This document shows, in pieces, positions 40,051 to 50,097 of a stretch of DNA of 64,000 bases. The stretch covers positions 32,001-96,000 of the IMG/VR virus record IMGVR_UViG_3300011115_000717, one strand, 5' to 3'. The first letter of the stretch is position 1; the number at the start of each line of letters is the position of its first letter. Source of the DNA: a virus. The notes below the pieces were generated by a model. It did no database searches and was not told where the DNA came from. It saw only the letters and a list, made by a program, of their open reading frames with translations. The translations under genes were made by a program, and so were the position numbers.

Positions 40051-40611
40051 ATGTTTCATACAATTGTTGGTATCGATTATTCAATGAACTCTCCATGTAT
40101 CTGTATGTTTGATACAAGGAGATCTTTTTGTTTTGAAAATTGTCAATTTTATTTTTTAACTGATGTTAAAAAATATGCAAATACATTTTTAAATAATATT
40201 CATGGTGAACCTTTTTGTGACTACAATTGTGACACAGAAAGATTTGATACAATATCATCATGGGCTTTAAATCTTTGCATAGGTGCAGCTGAAGTTTCCT
40301 TAGAAGGTTATGCATACAACTCAACAGGAAGAATCTTTAATCTAGCCGAAAATGTTGGTATACTAAAACACAAACTATACAAGAATGCTATTCCTCTTAG
40401 TGTTATAGAACCAAGTCGGGTAAAGAAAATCGCAACCGGTAAAGGTAACGCAGACAAACAAATGATGTTTGATTGTTTTGAAGCCGAAACTAGAGTTGAT
40501 TTGAAATCTGTATTGTCACAAAAAACACTATCTAATCCTGTTACGGATATTATAGATAGTTTTTATATTGCCAAAATTTTGGCAGCAACCAAACTCAATC
40601 AAGAATCTTGA
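40051..40611 (+). CDS. RuvC-like (RNase H fold) nuclease/resolvase
   Basis: VGIDYS, LEGYAY, LAENVGILK, VKKIATGKGNADK, DIIDSF; TATAAATA at 40038-40045. Confidence 0.75.
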   Translation: MFHTIVGIDYSMNSPCICMFDTRRSFCFENCQFYFLTDVKKYANTFLNNIHGEPFCDYNCDTERFDTISSWALNLCIGAAEVSLEGYAYNSTGRIFNLAENVGILKHKLYKNAIPLSVIEPSRVKKIATGKGNADKQMMFDCFEAETRVDLKSVLSQKTLSNPVTDIIDSFYIAKILAATKLNQES

Positions 40612-40978
40612 CTGTGAATGATTCGACTAAAGGTGCTGGTAGGGATTTCTGGATCTCATAGTTTCCCCAATTCTCCTTCAATACTCCATCTTTTACCAGT
40701 TTGGCAAGTGTTGCATCTAGCTTTTTGTCTTTATTGCTAAATGATATATGTTTTTTGCCATTATCTAATGCTAGTTTGATTGCCATAGCAACGCTTTCCC
40801 CATAGGGATAATCGTCAAACTTTTTATTTTTAACATCTGGTAGGATATAGTGAAGAAATCCAGCTATGTCTGCTTTTGGAACGATAGCAGAATGTCTCAT
40901 AGCACATGATGAAGATCCCATGTTAAAAACACTGTGATCTTCCATAACATATTTTTCTATGATAAATCTGTTTCTCAT
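40595..40978 (-). CDS. Hypothetical protein
   Basis: 127-aa ORF with CATAAATA upstream. Confidence 0.55.
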   Translation of the reverse strand: MRNRFIIEKYVMEDHSVFNMGSSSCAMRHSAIVPKADIAGFLHYILPDVKNKKFDDYPYGESVAMAIKLALDNGKKHISFSNKDKKLDATLAKLVKDGVLKENWGNYEIQKSLPAPLVESFTVKILD

Positions 40979-40999
40979 TACGTAAATATTTATGTTTTA

Positions 41000-41287
41000 T
41001 TAATTACCCCTACGCTCAGTAGCCGCATCTAGATTGCGTCTAAAGCGTTTGGGCATTCCGGGCTTCATCTTAGCCATTAATTCGTTCCAAGCTCCCCCAG
41101 TGGCTTTATTGGCACTTATAGTGGCATCCACAGCCATCGCCACACTCTCACCAACATAATTTCTTACTATTTTCTTCTTCTTGCATTTTGGGCAAGGATT
41201 GCTCAATGGAACTGTATTATCTTTCATAGATAATGTTTCATCAAAAGTATGTTTGCACGATTCACAGACAAAAGCATAGATTGGCAT
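41000..41287 (-). CDS. FmdB-family zinc-ribbon protein
   Basis: MPIYAFVCESCKHTF...CPKCKK. Confidence 0.8.
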   Translation of the reverse strand: MPIYAFVCESCKHTFDETLSMKDNTVPLSNPCPKCKKKKIVRNYVGESVAMAVDATISANKATGGAWNELMAKMKPGMPKRFRRNLDAATERRGN

Positions 41288-41781
41288 TATTTGGTTCTCA
41301 TAAAAAATTTGATAGCATCTTCAAACATAAAATTACGTGTAGGTTCTTTCGGTGTGTTTTCCAAAATCATATTTGCTTCTTTTGGTAACTTACTACCTTT
41401 ATAAAGATTACACTCTCTGCAACATGCTACCATGTTCACCCAAGTACTTCCTCCACCTTTATGGCGTGGAACAATATGATCTACAGTAGCAGATTTATTT
41501 GTGAGTTCAATATGGCAGTATTGACATACATATTTATCACGTTTGAGAATATTCTTTTTACTCGGGAAACACTTTTTATTTGGTGTCTTCACATAGTACT
41601 TTAAAATCAAAACTCTTGGAATTTTGATGGTTTCTCTTGCAGAAACAAATTTTAAGATTGATGTATGATTTTCTTCGTAATAGACTTTGTTCTTTCTCAT
41701 CAAAGACAAAGCTCTGCGCATCGAAATAATATTCAATGGGGATTGATCGTAATTCAGAAGAAGTACGGAAGTTTCAAGCAT
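41287..41781 (-). CDS. HNH endonuclease (McrA-like)
   Basis: VLLLNYD.SPL start, RDKYVCQYC, TVDHIVPRHKGG, WVNMVACCRECN; likely start MLETSV. Confidence 0.85.
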   Translation of the reverse strand: MLETSVLLLNYDQSPLNIISMRRALSLMRKNKVYYEENHTSILKFVSARETIKIPRVLILKYYVKTPNKKCFPSKKNILKRDKYVCQYCHIELTNKSATVDHIVPRHKGGGSTWVNMVACCRECNLYKGSKLPKEANMILENTPKEPTRNFMFEDAIKFFMRTK

Positions 41782-41926
41782 CTTGGTTGTCAATGGTAAA
41801 AAACATGACACTATGCTTTTCTTGTGTTTGACAACAATATTTTTTATTTTTATACCCATAACTACCTAAAATACGTTCACTGACTGGGTTTGAGATAATC
41901 CACGGTACTTTGGGGGAATTGATCAT
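41774..41926 (-). CDS. Possible 50-aa ORF MINSPKVPW...DNQDA (not in ORF track)
   Basis: Follows TATAAATA at 41941-41934; its stop overlaps the HNH start. Confidence 0.35.
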   Translation of the reverse strand: MINSPKVPWIISNPVSERILGSYGYKNKKYCCQTQEKHSVMFFTIDNQDA

Positions 41927-41961
41927 TCATTATTATTTATAGAATCCTAAATAATTTAAGT

Positions 41962-42171
41962 ATGAATCCTGTCATTTTAGCCCATTTGAATAATCTATGT
42001 CTTAAAGCTACCCAAAATACAGCAGGTACTAATACCTACTACAAACCCGTTTCTCCCTTTTGTACCAACAAAGTACAGAAAATAAACGAAGAAACTAAGC
42101 TCAATACCTCTGAATCATTCCCGGAATCAATATTTAAAATTTATGAAAAATTTCAACCAACTCGTAAATGA
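41962..42171 (+). CDS. Small hypothetical late protein
   Basis: CCTAAATA 8 nt upstream. Confidence 0.45.
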   Translation: MNPVILAHLNNLCLKATQNTAGTNTYYKPVSPFCTNKVQKINEETKLNTSESFPESIFKIYEKFQPTRK

Positions 42172-45100
42172 ATCCTCTGGATTAAAGCTAACAAGAGATT
42201 ATAGCAGGTTTCTGTTGGAACAACAAGCTTTTGTTGCCAAGAAAACATGTGCTATACTTTTTGGTGAAGAAACCGATTATGATGGATCAGATGACAAATC
42301 AAATGATCCTCCATTTACTTCACACCTAAGTGGACAATTCTATGTTCATATTAACCTCGATGGTCGTAGAAAAATTAAAACTGCCAATACTGCACAAGAA
42401 GCAGCCTTGTTAACCAAAGATTATCCTGGTTCTGTGATTTATAATTTTAAGGGAGATGAAGTCGATCCGAACCAAGTTAAAATGACAGAATCTGTTGAAA
42501 GATTTAATATTTTTGAGGATGAGGCATATGATTACACAAAAAGTGAATCAAAGAAAAGAGCACCAGAAGATGAAAGCGGAATTTTGAATTCCATTGCTAA
42601 TGCATGGAGATCAAAAGAAAAAGGTGCAGCCGTTGCTATGGCAAACAATAATAGTTTCATAGCCCGTAATTTACAGAATCTACAAAATGCATTAACAGGA
42701 ATTGGGGCTTTTGGTGCGGATCGTACACCAGAACAAACCATGCAAGAAAGAGATGATGAAGTTAAAAAATTACGTGATAAATTAGATGCATATGAAATGG
42801 AACAACGTGGTAAAGGTTTTAGAAACGTAGAAGATATCCCATTATCAGATGAAGAGACAAAAGATGTTCAGACTTTTATAAAACAAAGACAAGAGCAACA
42901 AGATCGTGTAGGTCCAATGATGCCCGGTGTAACAGAGAGAGTTGTTGGATTACCAAGAGAACAACTCAAAGCTTATAAAGATTTTTATAAAACTGCAACA
43001 GCATATCAAGGCAAAGCTTTACAAGATTATTATGATCAGAATCCAGACAAATATTCTGCCCATGAACCATATATGGATACCAAAACAGCTGTAGCTTTAA
43101 AACCTATATCTAGAAGCGAAGATGAAGGCTCATCTATGCCCGGGCGGTTAAAAGGTACATCATTCGATTCTGCTGCGAAAGTAGTTGCTGGCTTACCAGA
43201 AACTGCAGCTATGTTGGCTGCGGGTATTGTTGCACCAGAATTGGTTGGTGGCTTAGTTGGTGGAGCAGGAAGAATAGTTCCAGCGATTGCTAGAGTATCA
43301 TCTGGTGCTGCAGCAAAGGCTGCAACAGCCCAAGCTATTAATACTGCAGTAGGGCTCGCTGGAGTAGATAAATTAGCAAATGCAAAAGATGTTGTTCAAG
43401 GTGCAGAAGGTGCCGTAATGGCTGCTGCTATTGGTGATCCACTTTTTAAATCAACATCACCAAATCCAGCAGCACATAAAAATGCTATAGATTTATGGAA
43501 TGCAAAATTAAAAGCTGAACGCACTAGCACTCTTGCTGGACAAAAAGGTGCATATGAAACAAGTGCAATGATTCGTAGAGAAGTACCAACTGGAGCAAAA
43601 GAAGGCGCAAAACGTACTGGCCCAAGAGGAGAATATCCAAAAGTAGCTGAGACACCACCAACAACTGAGTGGCCCGGTGTCAACACAAACCCAAGAACTA
43701 TTGAAACCGGTGGTAAAGCTTCTGAGACCGCTGGGCAAGTCGCTAACGAAGAAATTCCATTGCTGTTAAGAAATTTAGAAACAAGAGCGTGGCGTGACTA
43801 TGAAACATTTGATCCAGCAGTTGTCCGTCAGGCTGCTAGAGATAGAGTAGCAGGTAGATTAGGAAGTGGACAACCTGAAGTTCCTGGAACACGCCCTAGT
43901 GTCCCAAGTGAAAATCCACCAGCTGCCAGAGAAACAGTACCATTGAGATTAACTGATACTGGGACATACAAAGAGCGAGAAAAAGAACGCAATAAAGCAG
44001 AAAATAAAGAAAAAGAAAGAATCGAAACAGAAATGCGAAAGGGGCGAGTTAATCCTGAACAGACTTCTTCTCGTCCAAGTTTTGCTGATACAGTAGATGC
44101 ACTCAAAGGAACAGTACAAAAAGCGGGAACAGAGTTGGTAAATTGGATGAAACCAAAACCAGGAACTTCTGTTCAACGCAGATCACTGACACCTTCATCA
44201 GAACTAGCCTTATACCCAAAAAGAACAGCCAGTGAAGTTTTAGCTGACACAAAGTATGCAACTGAAAAACCACTTGGTGTGCTACGTCAAGCAGCAAAAG
44301 ATATTTCTACTGGAGTGAAAGAAACCGGAATAGGAAAAACTACAGCACAAGTAGCCGCTGTGGCAACACAAGCTGCCCCTGCTGTTATGCCGGACTTAGC
44401 AACACCACCTGCTATTCGGGCAGCAGCACCTGATGTCTGGAAACCATCAAGTAACATGGATCTAATGACTTCGCCCGAGCCAATAAAGGCACCAAGAGCA
44501 ACGGCAAATCCTGAACCAATTAGTGTTACACCTCAAGGGGAAGTAATTAGAGTTACACCAGAACCAAAACCTGTTGATCGCACTGCCATTGACAATTTAT
44601 TAGTAAAACTTATTCCTACAGCGGCTAATAGACCAGCTCCAGCACGTGATTCATGGAAACCAGCACCAAGTATAGCGCCAATGACGGTATCGGGTGATGG
44701 TGCACCTCCACCACAAACTAGATCCCCTGAAATATTTCAAAAACCAGAGAACTTTAGAGTTACACCAGAACCAACACCAGTTAATCGTGCTGCCATTGAT
44801 TCTTTTGTAAAGTCTTTACTACCTTCTGCGGCTAATAGAACTACATCTACTCAACCCACTAACAATGTACCGCCACCAACAACAGCACCGTCAACACCAA
44901 GTGATACACCATCAGTTGCGACACCATCTAAGGTAAATGTTACAACGACAGCACCAACAACAGTTCCAGCACCAGCATCTTCAACAACCACATCTACAAG
45001 TACTGCACAAGCACCGGTAACAGCGCCAACAGTAGCTCCAGCAAAGGCGACAGTAGATACTCCAGACACAGCTCCAGTAACTAATCCAGTAAATAATATT

Positions 45101-45328
45101 GCTCAAACTCTTATAGCAGCAGCTATTGGTGGGGGTTCCAAATTCCTTCCAGGTAAAAAGGGTGGTGGTGGTGGCGGCGGTGGCGGGGCTGGTGGTGGTA
45201 TGGGAGGCGGTCCAGGATCTCAAGAAGAACTTAAACGCCAACAACAAGACATGGAATCCAAAGCTAAAAATTGGGATCTCTTGGTAAAGAATATTTGGGG
45301 AAAGAATGTAGAAACCTTGACTAAATAA
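42143..45328 (+). CDS. Large low-complexity protein, putative head-internal protein
   Basis: MKNFNQLVNE leader, Ala-rich hydrophobic middle, Pro/Thr-rich tail, poly-Gly. Confidence 0.7.
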   Translation: MKNFNQLVNESSGLKLTRDYSRFLLEQQAFVAKKTCAILFGEETDYDGSDDKSNDPPFTSHLSGQFYVHINLDGRRKIKTANTAQEAALLTKDYPGSVIYNFKGDEVDPNQVKMTESVERFNIFEDEAYDYTKSESKKRAPEDESGILNSIANAWRSKEKGAAVAMANNNSFIARNLQNLQNALTGIGAFGADRTPEQTMQERDDEVKKLRDKLDAYEMEQRGKGFRNVEDIPLSDEETKDVQTFIKQRQEQQDRVGPMMPGVTERVVGLPREQLKAYKDFYKTATAYQGKALQDYYDQNPDKYSAHEPYMDTKTAVALKPISRSEDEGSSMPGRLKGTSFDSAAKVVAGLPETAAMLAAGIVAPELVGGLVGGAGRIVPAIARVSSGAAAKAATAQAINTAVGLAGVDKLANAKDVVQGAEGAVMAAAIGDPLFKSTSPNPAAHKNAIDLWNAKLKAERTSTLAGQKGAYETSAMIRREVPTGAKEGAKRTGPRGEYPKVAETPPTTEWPGVNTNPRTIETGGKASETAGQVANEEIPLLLRNLETRAWRDYETFDPAVVRQAARDRVAGRLGSGQPEVPGTRPSVPSENPPAARETVPLRLTDTGTYKEREKERNKAENKEKERIETEMRKGRVNPEQTSSRPSFADTVDALKGTVQKAGTELVNWMKPKPGTSVQRRSLTPSSELALYPKRTASEVLADTKYATEKPLGVLRQAAKDISTGVKETGIGKTTAQVAAVATQAAPAVMPDLATPPAIRAAAPDVWKPSSNMDLMTSPEPIKAPRATANPEPISVTPQGEVIRVTPEPKPVDRTAIDNLLVKLIPTAANRPAPARDSWKPAPSIAPMTVSGDGAPPPQTRSPEIFQKPENFRVTPEPTPVNRAAIDSFVKSLLPSAANRTTSTQPTNNVPPPTTAPSTPSDTPSVATPSKVNVTTTAPTTVPAPASSTTTSTSTAQAPVTAPTVAPAKATVDTPDTAPVTNPVNNIAQTLIAAAIGGGSKFLPGKKGGGGGGGGGAGGGMGGGPGSQEELKRQQQDMESKAKNWDLLVKNIWGKNVETLTK

Positions 45329-45368
45329 GTTGTAATGTTACGTGTGTTTTGCTATAATAGAGATACAA

Positions 45369-46043
45369 GTGTTACCTGTTAAAAAATTTATACATAATCG
45401 TTTAGACATTAATGGTAGTCTTCAGGAAGAAACAACTCGCACTGGTCGCTCTTACAGCACACCAGAAGGAGTTTTTCCATCTGTGACTACTGTTGTTGGT
45501 TTTGAAAAACAAAAGTTTTTTGCTAAATGGCGAGCAAATAATGCAACTGAAAGTTTGCGTGTAACTACACGGGGAACAGATTTTCATGGTATTATTGAAG
45601 ACTACATGAATAATAAAGAGATTGACTTTGATAAAATGATGCCAAATATGGTAGATATTTTTATTAAAATTCAACCTTTGTTACACAGAATTGATAATAT
45701 TAGATTACTCGAAGCTCCTCTATGGTCATCTTTACTGGGTTTAGCCGGAAGAACAGATTGTATTGCTGATTTTGATGGTGAGTTATCTATTATCGATTTT
45801 AAAGCAAGCACCAAAACAAAAAGATCACAAGACATTGAAAATTACTTTCTACAAGCAACAGCCTATGCTATGATGCTACAAGAAAGAACCTCAATTAAAG
45901 TAAATAAATTTTCTATTTTAATTGCCTGTGAAAATGGAAGTAGTCAAGTCTTTGAAGGCAAACCGATTACTTATGTTAAAAAATTAAAAGAAATTATAGA
46001 TCGATATAAGGAACATCAATATGTACAGAACCAGAATAGTTGA
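45369..46043 (+). CDS. PD-(D/E)XK (Cas4/RecB-like) exonuclease
   Basis: FPSVTTV, RGTDFH, LAGRTDCIA, IIDFKAS, YFLQATAYA; TTGTAA-N17-TATAAT upstream. Confidence 0.85.
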   Translation: MLPVKKFIHNRLDINGSLQEETTRTGRSYSTPEGVFPSVTTVVGFEKQKFFAKWRANNATESLRVTTRGTDFHGIIEDYMNNKEIDFDKMMPNMVDIFIKIQPLLHRIDNIRLLEAPLWSSLLGLAGRTDCIADFDGELSIIDFKASTKTKRSQDIENYFLQATAYAMMLQERTSIKVNKFSILIACENGSSQVFEGKPITYVKKLKEIIDRYKEHQYVQNQNS

Positions 46044-46653
46044 GATAGAAGAACGAGTAAACAAAAAGAATACCAAACTTTGGTTCATGATGAATGAAAA
46101 TTCTCGTGCACCTTTACACAGACAACAATTCGTTACTGAAAATGGTGGACTATTCTACCAAAATGACAGAGGCGATTGGATGTGGAAAAATGACTTTATT
46201 GTGAAGAACGGTTACTGGTTACGTAAACGTGAAACTGGTAAAGAAGTATTTTTTGAAAATATGAGTGAATTTTGCCGGTTACATGACTTGTCTATAGTTA
46301 AGATATGTGAAGTCATGAATGGCAAGCGTAAGAGTTATAAGGACTGGGAAGCAGTAGAAGTTCGTCCTGTAAAAGACGGTCCTGGGGGCAAAAAGAACGT
46401 TGGAGAAAATCCAGAAAACCGCCCTAAATTTGAAACAGTTACACAAACGGCTATCTTTAAAAACTGGAAAACCAATGAAATTGTATTGGTGACTAACATA
46501 CCTCAATTTGCTGCTCGTATCAAGGGTCAGGAGAAAGAACTGTATCAAGTAGCCCGAGGACAGAAAAAATTCTATAAAGAATGGACTTTGGCTACATCTA
46601 CTACTCCCCCTGCCTGTATGCTTCCTAAAAAAGCTCCCAAGAAGGAATCCTAA
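46021..46653 (+). CDS. Protein with two NUMOD1/IENR1-like HTH repeats
   Basis: FENMSEFCRLHDL..NGKRKSYKDW and VTNIPQFAARI..RGQKKFYKEW. Confidence 0.55.
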   Translation: MYRTRIVEIEERVNKKNTKLWFMMNENSRAPLHRQQFVTENGGLFYQNDRGDWMWKNDFIVKNGYWLRKRETGKEVFFENMSEFCRLHDLSIVKICEVMNGKRKSYKDWEAVEVRPVKDGPGGKKNVGENPENRPKFETVTQTAIFKNWKTNEIVLVTNIPQFAARIKGQEKELYQVARGQKKFYKEWTLATSTTPPACMLPKKAPKKES

Positions 46654-46665
46654 ATATTATGACAA

Positions 46666-49053
46666 ATGGATTTCAAACATCAATTATTAAAATATATCGC
46701 TGAAGCCAATGCACCCGCTACTCCTAAAATAGGAGAGAGTATTCGCAAAGAAACTGCAACAGGTAGCGCAGGGTCTGCTAGAGAAAAAGATAGAAACCGT
46801 AAAAAAGTTGCACGGGCAAATGCACCAAAAAGAGACCAACTTCCTCAAGTAGAAATCCTTAAGCAGATTATTGCTGTAAAAACCACTGATGGTAAAACAG
46901 AACTAATTTATAAAGATTCGTTTAATAATAGTTACCATGAAGTTCTGAATCCAGAAAAAGATTTATCAATAGAAGATGCCAAGGGACTTACTAAAGATCC
47001 GGCATTCACCCAAACACAAGCATCACAACAATTATTTGGTGACCTTACTAAAAAGGCAGAATCCAAAGAATACTTTGGATCCAAAGAAAGAAAACGTGCA
47101 GCAGCCGAAACTGGTGGTAAAGCTGAAGGCGAAGAGGGTGTTGAAGATTTAGGTCCAGAAGTAGAGAAGAAAAAATTCATTAAACCCAAGAAAATGGGTA
47201 TGCAAGATTTGTTAGCAAGTATGGCTACCATGGATGGCACTCAACTTGGGTCAATTCCATTTGATTTGCGTCAAGAATTCTTTATGCAGAATCGTGATCC
47301 GATGGCAGCAAAGGATTTTGATGCCTTGACATACGACTCTGTTGCAACTAAATTTGGTATAAGTGAGGTTGACATTCCATATAATGAGCAAGTTAAAAAT
47401 GCTCTTATTATGATCTCTCGTTTGAAAGCTGGAGCATCTGATTCTGAATTAACCTTTGTAACTAATCTTAAGGGTGGAGCATTCACACAATTCGGAAGAG
47501 AAGCATTCGAGCAAGCAAAGAAAATTCTTTCTAAGGTTGGTGATGAGTGCATTCAAATGATGGTATCTGCATCGGAAGCTGGTCTTGCTGGTATTTCTGC
47601 CGAAGGTAAGACAGACTTTAAATGCGGTAATGTTAAATTTGCAGTAAATTCCCAAGGTGAAATTTCTTTATCCAGTGGTGATATGACCCAACTAGGAAAA
47701 GGAATAAAGAAAACTATTCAACGTAGTATTATTCAAACTATGCAGGACCCAAGTCTTGCTGGAAAAGATCCAATATATAATACAGCGATTAATCAAGTCA
47801 ATGATATTATGGCTAGTTCTGGGACAGGTTTGATGAGCGATGAATCATTTGCACAAGCAACCAAAGATCCATCTGTTCTAGCATTCATGCAGTCAGAACC
47901 AGTTATCAGTCCTACTGGTGAAAATCTTGGACCAATGGCTTTTCCAAATGGACAATTAAATCCTGCTATTTCCTTCAAGCAATTTGAAGATAATATGACA
48001 CGAACCGTTGATAAGTTTATTGCACAAGAAAAAAGCAAGAAAGCACCTTTCATGCAATCTTTGATTCGCAATACAGTTGCTAATCATTTACGTGGTGATG
48101 GTGCAGTTGATCCAGAATCAGCTCCTTCTCATTTAGTAACAAACAATGGCATCTTTCCGATGAGTGATGATTACTTTGCAGATATTGCCGCAAATAGTGA
48201 TATCACAATAGAGAGAACCAATAAGTCCTATTATAACAAGGCTAGCCGTATCGATAAATATAGTGTTGTTGTTGAGGATGCTGCCATGGTAGATCCATAT
48301 CAACAGATTCGAGATATGGTTTCTGGTATGTTGGTTCCTACTGGAAATTCACCGATTGAAGTCTTATCTAACACTTTAAATAAAAATTATAATTTTGATA
48401 TGAATGTTAGTTTGTTACCAGGTATCAAACCAAATGAAATTCATGGTGTAGAATATAATCTTTTAAGTGTTCAAGGTAAACGATATAAAATTCCTGTACT
48501 AAGAGACCAGGAACTAGTTGCAGCTAGCTTCGAAGAAAGCTATGTTGCAGCTAACAGTATTTTGCTTGAGAGTTTAACCAATGATGATGTTATTCGTGCA
48601 TTATATGAAACAAATCTAATCACATATGATGATGCAGAATGTATTGTTTATTCTCGTTATAATGATATGACAGTAGCACAACCAGTTTTGATTCCTATTT
48701 TACAAAGACTTGCCGAAAGTATTCACAGAGATCCCTCTCTTATTCAAATTTGTAAAACCAATTTGATCGAAGCAAAAGAACGTGTTAGAGATTATAAGCG
48801 TGAATATAAACTGTTCCATAGTAAACCATCACAGATTAAAAATAGAACTGCCCGTACAACTGCTCGTCGAAGAGCAATTAAAAAAGGTAAAGTTCGTATC
48901 GGTGATAATAAAGATATAGATCATAAGAAGCCATTACGTAATGGTGGAAGTAATAAAGAGAGCAATCTACGTGTTAGAGATCGAAGCGCAAATCGTTCCG
49001 ATAATGGTAAATATAAAGGACAGGCTCCAGATAAGCCACGCACCGACAAATGA
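46666..49053 (+). CDS. Large late protein with C-terminal HNH domain
   Basis: MDFKHQLLKYIAE leader; RDYKREY...DIDHKKPLRNGGSN..NLRV...NRS. Confidence 0.75.
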   Translation: MDFKHQLLKYIAEANAPATPKIGESIRKETATGSAGSAREKDRNRKKVARANAPKRDQLPQVEILKQIIAVKTTDGKTELIYKDSFNNSYHEVLNPEKDLSIEDAKGLTKDPAFTQTQASQQLFGDLTKKAESKEYFGSKERKRAAAETGGKAEGEEGVEDLGPEVEKKKFIKPKKMGMQDLLASMATMDGTQLGSIPFDLRQEFFMQNRDPMAAKDFDALTYDSVATKFGISEVDIPYNEQVKNALIMISRLKAGASDSELTFVTNLKGGAFTQFGREAFEQAKKILSKVGDECIQMMVSASEAGLAGISAEGKTDFKCGNVKFAVNSQGEISLSSGDMTQLGKGIKKTIQRSIIQTMQDPSLAGKDPIYNTAINQVNDIMASSGTGLMSDESFAQATKDPSVLAFMQSEPVISPTGENLGPMAFPNGQLNPAISFKQFEDNMTRTVDKFIAQEKSKKAPFMQSLIRNTVANHLRGDGAVDPESAPSHLVTNNGIFPMSDDYFADIAANSDITIERTNKSYYNKASRIDKYSVVVEDAAMVDPYQQIRDMVSGMLVPTGNSPIEVLSNTLNKNYNFDMNVSLLPGIKPNEIHGVEYNLLSVQGKRYKIPVLRDQELVAASFEESYVAANSILLESLTNDDVIRALYETNLITYDDAECIVYSRYNDMTVAQPVLIPILQRLAESIHRDPSLIQICKTNLIEAKERVRDYKREYKLFHSKPSQIKNRTARTTARRRAIKKGKVRIGDNKDIDHKKPLRNGGSNKESNLRVRDRSANRSDNGKYKGQAPDKPRTDK

Positions 49054-50081
49054 ATTTTAAACGTGCTTTAAAAGAATTAGTTTTAGAGAAAGTCTTTAGT
49101 TCCTCTGATACGAGCAAAACCAAAGACCGTTATGACGTAAATGGTAAAAAACTTGGAAAATGTGGTGAAGGTAAACCAGGTTCACAATTTAATGTTTGCA
49201 TCGATAAACAAAAAGCCGAAACGCTTGGTAAAAAAGGTATTGCTAAGTTTGTAAAAAGAAAACAACTAGCCACAAATAAATCTAATACCAACAAGAAATC
49301 TAAACTCGAAGAATCATTCATACCGGATGTTTTTGTTGTAGAAAATTTTGGTGGAACTAAAATTAGTTATCCAACTGTAACATCAGCAGATGCAGAAGCA
49401 TATGATATTTTTATTACAAAAAACGGACAGTTGTTTGAGATAAATGATATTAATGATAATGATGGCATCATCACAATGGACATCAAATATCATAATGGAA
49501 TCAATGAAGGTTACGATGATCGCATTGAATTTAAAATCAATGAAGAATTTGGTCTAGTTGGAGAAGGTCGATCTGGTTTTATTAATGAATACGGTGAATT
49601 AGAAGAAGCTTCCCAGATGGCTGGTAAAAAAGTTAAGCTTAATAAAATTATGCGTGGTGATGTAAAGAAATACAAAGTTTACACCAAGAATGATAAAGGT
49701 AATGTTGTTAAAGTAAACTTTGGTGACCCAAATATGGAGATTAAACGAGATGATCCTGCACGACGAAAGAATTTTCGTGCCAGACATAATTGTGAAGATC
49801 CAGGACCAAAATGGAAAGCCAAATATTGGGCTTGTAAAACTTGGAGTACAAAATCAGTATCATCTATGTTAAAAGAAGAAACAGACCCAACCATTACCAG
49901 AGAGTATAAAAATAAAAAGGGTAAATGGAATAAAGTGGCTGAAAACTTTATGAATAGCATATCTACCAATAGCCTATTGACAGAGTCAATAGCCATTAAA
50001 CAGATAGAAAATACACTAGATGTTAACAAAATTGGGGTAAATCAGTCAATCGCGTACCTGAAGCAGTTTTTCTGCAAATAA
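49050..50081 (+). CDS. Multi-module basic late protein of T4-like phages
   Basis: KKYKVYTKN..VVKVNFGDPNMEIKRDDPARRKNFRARHNC..KYWAC module that I recall from T4-like phage proteins. Confidence 0.65.
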   Translation: MNFKRALKELVLEKVFSSSDTSKTKDRYDVNGKKLGKCGEGKPGSQFNVCIDKQKAETLGKKGIAKFVKRKQLATNKSNTNKKSKLEESFIPDVFVVENFGGTKISYPTVTSADAEAYDIFITKNGQLFEINDINDNDGIITMDIKYHNGINEGYDDRIEFKINEEFGLVGEGRSGFINEYGELEEASQMAGKKVKLNKIMRGDVKKYKVYTKNDKGNVVKVNFGDPNMEIKRDDPARRKNFRARHNCEDPGPKWKAKYWACKTWSTKSVSSMLKEETDPTITREYKNKKGKWNKVAENFMNSISTNSLLTESIAIKQIENTLDVNKIGVNQSIAYLKQFFCK

Positions 50082-50097
50082 ATAGAATAGGAATCAA

